From positions 1-40,547 of IMG/VR virus record IMGVR_UViG_3300021083_000286: a stretch of DNA of 40,547 bases, one strand, 5' to 3'. Position 1 is the stretch's first letter. Every line of letters begins with the position of its first letter. The DNA comes from a virus. The translations under genes were made by a program, and so were the position numbers. A model generated the notes under the pieces. That model was not told the origin of the DNA. It did no database searches and saw only the letters and a list, made by a program, of their open reading frames with translations. Shown here in pieces: positions 6,524-13,319 of this stretch.

Positions 6524-7231
6524 ATGATATTTGTGGACGGAAACGAATTTAAATATGTGACATTCCCTGATAAGACATGTGATTATATGAAAGACAAAAT
6601 GCGCAGAGTAGACCATATCAAGTGGATCTACGATGGCCGTTTAGAAGAAGTATTTATTTGCTTATCTCTACTCAAGAATCAATTCGTAAAATCATTTGAA
6701 TTTGTCTTTCTTCCTTTCGCGAGGCAAGATAAGCAATTCGAAGGATTTGGAGGCTTATATTCTTTCTTAGACTTATTTCATCAATTTCACCATACTACAT
6801 TTTTAGTTAATGATGCACACAACCCGATTTCTTTACCAAAAGGATGGATTAATATTTATGATCCCTTCTTGGTTCCCAATGATGGAAAATCTATGGTCGT
6901 CTTTCCTGATAAAAACGCCCTATTTAAGTATGGATGCCACTATGAGCATATACCGTATATGTATGCAAATAAAGTTAGAATTCAACATTCTGGAGAAATA
7001 GGACAAATCGTATTATTTGAACCTATCCCTGATAACATAGAATCGATCTATGTAATAGATGATATCTGCGATGGAGGAAAGACTTTCATAGAGTTGTTAC
7101 CTCTTTTACCAGAACATACTGTAAAACATTTAATGACGACTTATGGTATATATAGCAAAGGAAAGCAAGTTTTGTATGATGCTGGATATACTTCAGTGAA
7201 ATGCCAGTACAATATTTTCAACAAGGAATGA
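6524..7231 (+). CDS. compact ribose-phosphate pyrophosphokinase (Prs)-family protein; candidate ADPR-pyrophosphate synthetase (Adps) of a NARP1-type pathway
   Basis: LPFARQDKQ (Prs YARQDR motif), DAHN (Prs DLH), MVVFPDKNA (Prs VVSPDxGG) and PRPP loop VIDDICDGGKT; 235 aa, shorter than cellular Prs. Confidence 0.7.
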   Translation: MIFVDGNEFKYVTFPDKTCDYMKDKMRRVDHIKWIYDGRLEEVFICLSLLKNQFVKSFEFVFLPFARQDKQFEGFGGLYSFLDLFHQFHHTTFLVNDAHNPISLPKGWINIYDPFLVPNDGKSMVVFPDKNALFKYGCHYEHIPYMYANKVRIQHSGEIGQIVLFEPIPDNIESIYVIDDICDGGKTFIELLPLLPEHTVKHLMTTYGIYSKGKQVLYDAGYTSVKCQYNIFNKE

Positions 7232-8553
7232 TTATGATAAATACATTATTACATACAGATGTGTACAAAATGGGTCATATGGAACAATATAACCCTGACA
7301 TAGAATATATTCAATCCCATCTAATAGCCCGTAAAGGCGATAAATTTAGTGATTTGGTATTTTTTGGACTGAGATACTACATTGAGAAATATCTCTCTAA
7401 AGCTCCATCAGTGGAAGATGTTCTAAGATTCATAAAAATCAGAGAAATGATTTTAGGACAACCTATATCCGAAGAATCTAAAGATAAGCTGATGAAACTT
7501 GCCGAAATGAAAGAATGGCCCATTTCCATAAAAGCATATAAAGAAGGAACTATCTGTGGCATCCAACAACCATTACTTGTGATAGAAAATACTGCTCCTG
7601 GCATGCATTTCTGCGTAGGGCTTTTAGAGGGATTATTCCTTAAACTTTGGAATACATGTACTGTGGCCACTTATAGCAGAAAACTTAAAGGTATATTTAC
7701 TGAGTATGCTATTAAAACAGGTTCTGATTTGAGAATGATTCCATTCCAAGTTCATGACTTTGGGTATAGAAGCGTTTCATCGGAGGAGACTGCTGCGTTA
7801 TCTGGGGCAGCTCATCTGGTGAATTTTCTTGGAACAGATACGGTATTAGCTGTAGATCTCCTGTCAAGATATTATGGACCTCACGATGAGCCTATTGGAC
7901 TGAGCGTGCCAGCCAGTGAACACAGTGTCATGTGTTCTTTTGGAGAGTCTCAAGAGATAGATGCATTCAGAAATATGCTTAAGCTTTATCCAACAGGAAT
8001 AGTTTCTATTGTTTCTGATACATATGACTTGCATAATGTGCTTGAGAACTTTTCGGATGAACTGCGGGATGAAATATTGGCGAGAGATGGGAAAGTGGTA
8101 TTCAGACCTGATAGTGGAGATCCGGTGGCTATCAGTATTGAAACCATCCAGATCCTGGACAGAAAATTTGGCCATACATTTACTTCAACTGGACATAAAC
8201 TGTTAAATCCTAAAGTTGGAATGATATATGGTGATGGCATGACAAATGATAGGATTGTTCGGACTCTAAAAGGTCTCGAAGAATTAGGTTATGCATCACA
8301 AAATCTGGTTGTAGGCGTTGGAGGCTTATTGCTTCAACAGCATAATAGAGATGATATGGGATTCTCATTCAAGGCTAATTGGGCCATGATGAAGGACGGT
8401 TCCGAGATGGATTTATACAAGACCCCCAAAACAGATCTATCCAAAAGCTCTAAAGGTGGCTATATCCGTAATGAAGAATTTCAAACATATTATTATAATG
8501 GAATTAAATATAGGCAGAATCTTAAATCCATTAGGCAAATAAGTCAGAAGTAG
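7228..8553 (+). CDS. nadV: nicotinamide phosphoribosyltransferase (Nampt/NadV)-family protein; candidate nicotinamide ADPR-transferase (Namat)
   Basis: TDVYKMGH, FFGLRYY, HDFGYRS, GTDT, PASEHS, RPDSGDP, YGDGM, GVGGLLLQ and KSSKGG are the conserved Nampt blocks. ATG 7228 overlaps the upstream TGA (ATGA); ATG 7234 is an alternative start. Confidence 0.85.
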   Translation: MIMINTLLHTDVYKMGHMEQYNPDIEYIQSHLIARKGDKFSDLVFFGLRYYIEKYLSKAPSVEDVLRFIKIREMILGQPISEESKDKLMKLAEMKEWPISIKAYKEGTICGIQQPLLVIENTAPGMHFCVGLLEGLFLKLWNTCTVATYSRKLKGIFTEYAIKTGSDLRMIPFQVHDFGYRSVSSEETAALSGAAHLVNFLGTDTVLAVDLLSRYYGPHDEPIGLSVPASEHSVMCSFGESQEIDAFRNMLKLYPTGIVSIVSDTYDLHNVLENFSDELRDEILARDGKVVFRPDSGDPVAISIETIQILDRKFGHTFTSTGHKLLNPKVGMIYGDGMTNDRIVRTLKGLEELGYASQNLVVGVGGLLLQQHNRDDMGFSFKANWAMMKDGSEMDLYKTPKTDLSKSSKGGYIRNEEFQTYYYNGIKYRQNLKSIRQISQK

Positions 8554-8616
8554 TGATACTAAACATGGCAAACAGTATATACCCAGGGCGGCAATGTATG
8601 CTGTTTGTTGTGTTTA

Positions 8617-8796
8617 TCACCTACAAACCCTTCTGCTCTTCTCTCTTTCCCATTCCTCCTCATTAACTACTTTGAGCTTATCCACCTTCGGGTCATAACT
8701 TCCTTCTTCCAACATAGTAATAATGAAGGTTATAACCAAATGTGCAGCAACAAGGCTATATAGCTCCCCGTTCTTTAGAATAGCTTTCCTAGGCAT
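8617..8796 (-). CDS. small hypothetical protein (59 aa, MPRKAILKNGELYSLVAAHLVITFIITMLEEG...), absent from the ORF track
   Basis: Hand translation of the minus strand gives 60 codons from ATG 8796 to TGA 8617. It fills an otherwise empty 300-bp gap, but no clear RBS is seen. Confidence 0.35.
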   Translation of the reverse strand: MPRKAILKNGELYSLVAAHLVITFIITMLEEGSYDPKVDKLKVVNEEEWEREKSRRVCR

Positions 8797-8910
8797 AATA
8801 TTCTCGCTCGTTGTGCTTATATACAGTATAGGCTACACTTAAACTAGGTTTTGATAGGCTATATTTGCTTAACTGACCACATCCAAATTAACCCTATAGG
8901 AAAAGACATC

Positions 8911-9765
8911 ATGACAGTATTCGTTCCTCAACCAACCCATTTTTCGGCTATTCCCGATTTCACATCCAATCCCTTCGTTACAGGCTTTAACTTGACAGTA
9001 ACCGGCAATACAACCTTCACGATTCAACCAGGTGGCGCTCGCGCATTAACCAGCGATTATGTTATTCAATATCCAACAGTAACTCCTAATCTTCCTGCTG
9101 TTATCACTGTCAATCTTGCTAACCTAGGTGTTAACGGTGTATTCCCATATCTGATCCCTTCAGCTGGTTTCACAGGTCCAATTGTACTGCCCGTATACAT
9201 TATTGCTGATAGCGCTGGTACCACTAATGGCAGCCTGAATGCACAAGCCAATCAGCCTGGTATTATCGTTGCCACTGGTAACAACTTCTTGCCGGCTGGC
9301 TATGATGCATTCCGTCGCATTGGCTGGATACTTGTTAATAATACTAACTCGGTTATCACACCTTGGACTCAAACTGGAAATGGTAATGAGCGTCAATATC
9401 TACTTCCAAATGCATTAACCGTATTGACAAGCGGAAATGCAACCGTGTTTACGCCTATCGATTTGTCATTAGGCGCAAACGGCATTGTTCCTCCTGGATT
9501 CAGTCAAGTTTATTTGAGTCTGAATTTAACTACAGCTCAAATCAATGCATCTTGTTTTGTGCAGCCTTTTGGTGCCTCATTCAGCGCGCCTTCAATCGGT
9601 TTAACATCACCTGTTGCAGGTATGTTGAGTGTTGATGTGACAGCTTCTGCCTCACCTAATGCATTAGGACATGCGGCAATTCAATATGCTGTTGGCGCGA
9701 GCAACTCAAGCTTGACAATTCAGCTCGATGGATTCGTCGATAGCTTAGAAGCTGCGTTGGTTTAG
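8911..9765 (+). CDS. Thr/Asn/Gly/Val-rich protein (284 aa), paralog A; putative virion-surface/receptor-binding protein of unknown family
   Basis: ATG 8911 gives 284 aa, the same length as the paralog 9830..10684. Shared blocks: NLTVTG-TTFTI-PG-AR, PVYI-A, IVAT-N-FLP, A-RRIG, PW-QTGN-N-R-Y-L, GFVD-L. Confidence 0.6.
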   Translation: MTVFVPQPTHFSAIPDFTSNPFVTGFNLTVTGNTTFTIQPGGARALTSDYVIQYPTVTPNLPAVITVNLANLGVNGVFPYLIPSAGFTGPIVLPVYIIADSAGTTNGSLNAQANQPGIIVATGNNFLPAGYDAFRRIGWILVNNTNSVITPWTQTGNGNERQYLLPNALTVLTSGNATVFTPIDLSLGANGIVPPGFSQVYLSLNLTTAQINASCFVQPFGASFSAPSIGLTSPVAGMLSVDVTASASPNALGHAAIQYAVGASNSSLTIQLDGFVDSLEAALV

Positions 9766-9788
9766 TGGTTGATTGACATAAAAAGATA

Positions 9789-9810
9789 GGGGGCTTCGGC
9801 CCCTAATCTT
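9789..9810 (+). terminator. GC hairpin with TTCG tetraloop (GGGGGC-TTCG-GCCCCT) followed by AATCTT
   Basis: Read directly; near-duplicate of the hairpin at 10698..10722, including the AATCTT tail. Confidence 0.5.
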
Positions 9811-9829
9811 CCCTCTCTAAGGAGTTATT

Positions 9830-10684
9830 ATGGCGTTTTTCACACCTGAACCCATCTCATTCGCTACTACGCCATTTTTTGGGTCAGACGCATATGTCAG
9901 TGGATTAAACTTGACCGTTACAGGTCTAACCACTTTCACAATTGGTCCAGGAAGTGCTAGAGATTTGGTTACTGATTATCCAATAGTTTTCAGTAATGCT
10001 ATTGCAGGAAACCCTCCTGCCATTACAGTCGATATATCCACAACAGGTCTTAATGGATGCTTTCCGGTTCCTCTGGCTTCTTTAAATCTTGCATTTAATA
10101 CTGTCTTTCCCGTCTATATTGTTGCTAATACTGAAGGAACAACCAGTGGAAATCAAAATCCATCAACCAATCCAGCGATCATCGTAGCAACTGCAAATGA
10201 ATTTTTGCCTAAAAACATGAATGCTTATCGTCGTATTGGTTTCATTTATGTGAGCAGTGGTAGCGGCTTCATTATACCCTGGTCGCAGACCGGTAATAAT
10301 AATGATCGCACATATATGCTCGCTGAAGCTGTTGTTGTCTTGGCAGCTGGTGTTGCCGGTGTTTACACCGATGTAGACTTAACTGCATCTGCAGGCCCAG
10401 TTCCACCCAATACACGCTCTTTGGTGTATATCAATACATCAGTGACTTCGGCTGTCCCAGGCGACTCGGTTCAGTTTACAACAGGTAATTTGAGCCCTGC
10501 TACTTACACTACAATCTCTATTGTGCAAACAGGTGCTGCTCCACTGCCTACAATGACGACATTGCTGGCAACACCCGATGAAGTAACAGGTCATGCTGAA
10601 ATTAGATACCGCGTCACAGGTGGTGCAGCTGCAAGCTTACGCGTATCTGGGTTCGTTGATAACCTTGGTCCATCATTGTTTTAA
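9830..10684 (+). CDS. Thr/Asn/Gly/Val-rich protein (284 aa), paralog B of 8911..9765
   Basis: ORF track; AAGGAG RBS; conserved blocks shared with paralog A. Confidence 0.65.
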   Translation: MAFFTPEPISFATTPFFGSDAYVSGLNLTVTGLTTFTIGPGSARDLVTDYPIVFSNAIAGNPPAITVDISTTGLNGCFPVPLASLNLAFNTVFPVYIVANTEGTTSGNQNPSTNPAIIVATANEFLPKNMNAYRRIGFIYVSSGSGFIIPWSQTGNNNDRTYMLAEAVVVLAAGVAGVYTDVDLTASAGPVPPNTRSLVYINTSVTSAVPGDSVQFTTGNLSPATYTTISIVQTGAAPLPTMTTLLATPDEVTGHAEIRYRVTGGAAASLRVSGFVDNLGPSLF

Positions 10685-10697
10685 AATGCCTGAGAAA

Positions 10698-10722
10698 GGG
10701 GGCCTTTGCCCCCAATCTTTTT
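10698..10722. terminator. bidirectional intrinsic terminator between the convergent plus and minus transcription units
   Basis: GGGGGC-CTTT-GCCCCC, followed by AATCTTTTT on the plus strand and TTTCTC on the minus strand; sits between the stops at 10684 and 10730. Confidence 0.7.
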
Positions 10723-10729
10723 AAATGGC

Positions 10730-11296
10730 TTATAACAATTGAATACCAAAACCTGTTCCCAATGGAGTTATCCAATAGTTCGTTGATGAAGTATTTTTAC
10801 TTAAGGAATCGATAGCTATTCCCCATACGCCAGCCGTTAAAGATTGCGTCCATACAAAAGAAATAAAGCTTTGTCCTGAACCATTATATCCGTCAAGCGG
10901 AGTTGCTACTCCATTTATAGTAGCCGTCATCATTCCAATATTGGTACCGGTGCGCATACCCATTGTAAACTGATAAGTTCCATCAATTGGGGCATTAAAG
11001 TTTACTGTTCCGAAAGTCGTATTAGGGGTTCCATCAAATCCAGAACTATTTTGACTCAATGCGGGAGCCCAATAATAATCGCCACCACCACCACCTCCAA
11101 CAAAATAGTTCCAGCTCGTCCATGGAATGATAAAGGAAGTAGGATTGTAAGTTGCTATAGTTGAGAAGCTTAAATTCTTTGCTCCGTCAGTAACCATGGC
11201 CTGCCCTGCAAATCCGTCAACAGTAGGATAATTAATGCCTGCAGCAGTAAATCCATCATTTGCATTAATCATATTATTTACAATAATTTCTGACAT
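10730..11296 (-). CDS. tail fibre protein (188 aa)
   Basis: N-terminal INYPTVDGFAGQAMVTDGAKNLSFSTI matches an internal linker of 13320..15548; poly-Gly hinge; last gene of the fibre locus. Confidence 0.6.
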   Translation of the reverse strand: MSEIIVNNMINANDGFTAAGINYPTVDGFAGQAMVTDGAKNLSFSTIATYNPTSFIIPWTSWNYFVGGGGGGDYYWAPALSQNSSGFDGTPNTTFGTVNFNAPIDGTYQFTMGMRTGTNIGMMTATINGVATPLDGYNGSGQSFISFVWTQSLTAGVWGIAIDSLSKNTSSTNYWITPLGTGFGIQLL

Positions 11297-11327
11297 AATA
11301 ATTTCCTATTAATTAATTTGCTAATAT

Positions 11328-12668
11328 TTAAACTACTTTTTCCCAACATCCACTAATAATAACTTCACCCGATAAATAATCTATTGTTCCTCCGCTATAA
11401 ACCGCAAATAGATTTACGCCGGGTTGCGTTATTGTGTCTAAAGCTACAGATGATGGGAAAGGTACAGATGCGCTTCCCCATCTAGAATTTAAGGATGTTA
11501 TTAGGCTTGCGCTTGGAATAGTTGAATAAATAGTAGTTCCATCGGTAATATTAAGATCTCTATCCCCGCCAAGTAAATTTAAAGAATTATAGTTTAAAAA
11601 TAACTCTCTAACTCGATATTGGCCCCCAAAAAATGTACTAACCAAAGGGACTGATGCCCCACCTGATAACTGAGTAAACGTCACAGTTGTGTCAAAGTAG
11701 ATTAAATTTGACATTGGATCTACTTGTGTCAATTTGCATGGCAATAAAGTAACATTGGCAAAAGCAACATTGGGCAAAGCATGAGATGTCCCTACAGAGG
11801 TAGGCTGATTAGAAATTGATGTAGTTACGTTAGCAAGATTTGCGTTAGGTAAAATCAACATATAGCCAGTATTTGACGATGCAGGATAAGCTTGAACTTG
11901 ACCAAGCGCACCATTAGTTCCTGCAATTAAATTTCCCGCCAAAGCCTGCACATATCCTGTATTAGAAACAACATTACCAGAATTGGAAGTAACATCACCT
12001 TGGGCATAAAGAAAACCACTACTTGCAGAAATATTACCAGAAGTAGAAGTAATATCACTCAACGCAGTCCATGAACCTGATGTACCGGTTATATTAATAC
12101 CAACTACGCCAGCTGCATCTGTTCCGCTTCTTATTTGAGTATTATATAAAACATTGCCACCACCTGCTAAAAGAATATCCCCCTCAAGAGCTATAGATGA
12201 TGTGATTAAACATGCCCCAGCAGGGCCAACATGATTAATTACTGTTCCTGCAGATTGAAGAATATCGATATATCCAAATAATTCACCACCATTATTTGTT
12301 ATAGCAGTTCCAGTTCCAGAATTAGTAATGCCTGCCATCTGAAAAAATATCTTACAATTAAGCCCAATCGTTACTGTATCTCCAACTCCAGAAAAGTTAA
12401 TCTGTGCAGCAGGTCCAAAAAAGAATAAGTTCTCAGTGCTAGGAGCGAAATTTAATTGTTCATCATAAGTAGCTCCATCCATTATATTAATAATTACCGG
12501 AGCAGATGGAGAAGGAGACCCAGCTAAGGTTAGGGCCGCATTCAAAGTTGCTAATGGTGCTCCGAAACTACCTGAATTTAGATCGTTTCCTGTCATCTGA
12601 GAAACGTATATTTCGAATCCATTGAACTTTCCATTATTAATCATGTTATTCATAATAGGATTAGTCAT
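11328..12668 (-). CDS. tailspike-like protein with parallel beta-helix (pectin-lyase-fold) cap motif; putative polysaccharide depolymerase
   Basis: YVSQMTGNDLNSGSFGAPLATLNAAL...GATYDE cap motif. The C-terminal roughly 95 aa (GGDRDLNITDGT...YSGGTIDY) is paralogous to the C-terminus of 16767..18110. Confidence 0.6.
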   Translation of the reverse strand: MTNPIMNNMINNGKFNGFEIYVSQMTGNDLNSGSFGAPLATLNAALTLAGSPSPSAPVIINIMDGATYDEQLNFAPSTENLFFFGPAAQINFSGVGDTVTIGLNCKIFFQMAGITNSGTGTAITNNGGELFGYIDILQSAGTVINHVGPAGACLITSSIALEGDILLAGGGNVLYNTQIRSGTDAAGVVGINITGTSGSWTALSDITSTSGNISASSGFLYAQGDVTSNSGNVVSNTGYVQALAGNLIAGTNGALGQVQAYPASSNTGYMLILPNANLANVTTSISNQPTSVGTSHALPNVAFANVTLLPCKLTQVDPMSNLIYFDTTVTFTQLSGGASVPLVSTFFGGQYRVRELFLNYNSLNLLGGDRDLNITDGTTIYSTIPSASLITSLNSRWGSASVPFPSSVALDTITQPGVNLFAVYSGGTIDYLSGEVIISGCWEKVV

Positions 12669-12678
12669 TATAATTTCC

Positions 12679-12912
12679 TTATGCGACCGTTAGTCCTGTG
12701 GAGAATACATAATCTACTTGCCACGTAGTATTTGCAACAATACAAGTTACCAATACCAAATCTGTATTAGCAGCAGATGTTAATGTTCCGCCTGTAGATG
12801 TTGGTGTAGTTCCTAGATTAATGGTTTGACCACCAGCTGCTTGTAATATCCAGCCTGCAGCACCTTGACCATAAACCTTTACAACAGAACCAATGGCTGC
12901 GGTCGCAGGCAA
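12679..12912 (-). CDS. orphan tail-fibre C-terminal tip domain (77 codons), no in-frame ATG; TTG start, recoding or recombination cassette
   Basis: 63 of 77 positions identical (my count) to the last 77 aa of 13320..15548. The frame opens directly after a TAA. The RBS plus ATGATG at 12937 is one nucleotide out of frame. Confidence 0.5.
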   Translation of the reverse strand: MPATAAIGSVVKVYGQGAAGWILQAAGGQTINLGTTPTSTGGTLTSAANTDLVLVTCIVANTTWQVDYVFSTGLTVA

Positions 12913-12944
12913 TTAACATATTATTCGTAGTCATCATAATCTCC

Positions 12945-13310
12945 TTAGTAGTAAATAGCCCAAGTGTTCACACCTTGGTTAACAAGCCAAAAATTGAAAT
13001 TACTCAGATTTGTTGGCGTTCCAGAAACTGTCACATCTGTATTAGATGCAATTGTAATCATTGCACCTGTGGTATTGCTGACAAATACACTTACACCTTC
13101 ATTCAACCCAATTTTTGGGAACTGAATAGAATAATTTGTACCCGTATCTGCTGTCCAAATAGATGGACCTACTGCTGTATTAGAAAATACCCTGGCAGGA
13201 ATTAAAATGGCATCTAAAGAAACAGTATCAGACACAATCGCTTGCGGTGTCACAGATTCAAATGGAAGCAATGAAGCTTCCGGAACATTTAAAATATTGT
13301 TAATAGACAT
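12945..13310 (-). CDS. small tail-fibre-associated protein (121 aa)
   Basis: ORF track; the C-terminal half follows the same pattern as the tip modules (F-L-VN-GVNTWAIYY); lies inside the fibre locus. Confidence 0.5.
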   Translation of the reverse strand: MSINNILNVPEASLLPFESVTPQAIVSDTVSLDAILIPARVFSNTAVGPSIWTADTGTNYSIQFPKIGLNEGVSVFVSNTTGAMITIASNTDVTVSGTPTNLSNFNFWLVNQGVNTWAIYY

Positions 13311-13319
13311 TTTTTCCCC

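Noticed and set aside
11082-11101. (CCA)n-like tracts encoding poly-glycine (also at 13645..13661 and about 15128..15147) as slipped-strand contingency repeats
   Set aside because: The unit is a trinucleotide, so slippage would not change the frame. The tracts are short (4 units) and imperfect. They are better explained as flexible hinges and possible recombination micro-homology.
12929-12937. Recurrent ATGATGAC(N) starts giving MMT(T/S)N N-termini (38817, 40481, the out-of-frame leader at 12937, and a 40-aa ORF at 3249), plus many other proteins starting with MT
   Set aside because: This most likely reflects the general preference for A-rich/ACN second codons together with chance. The same 8-mer also occurs inside genes as Asp-Asp-Asp codons. 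No structural or regulatory role can be supported from sequence alone.
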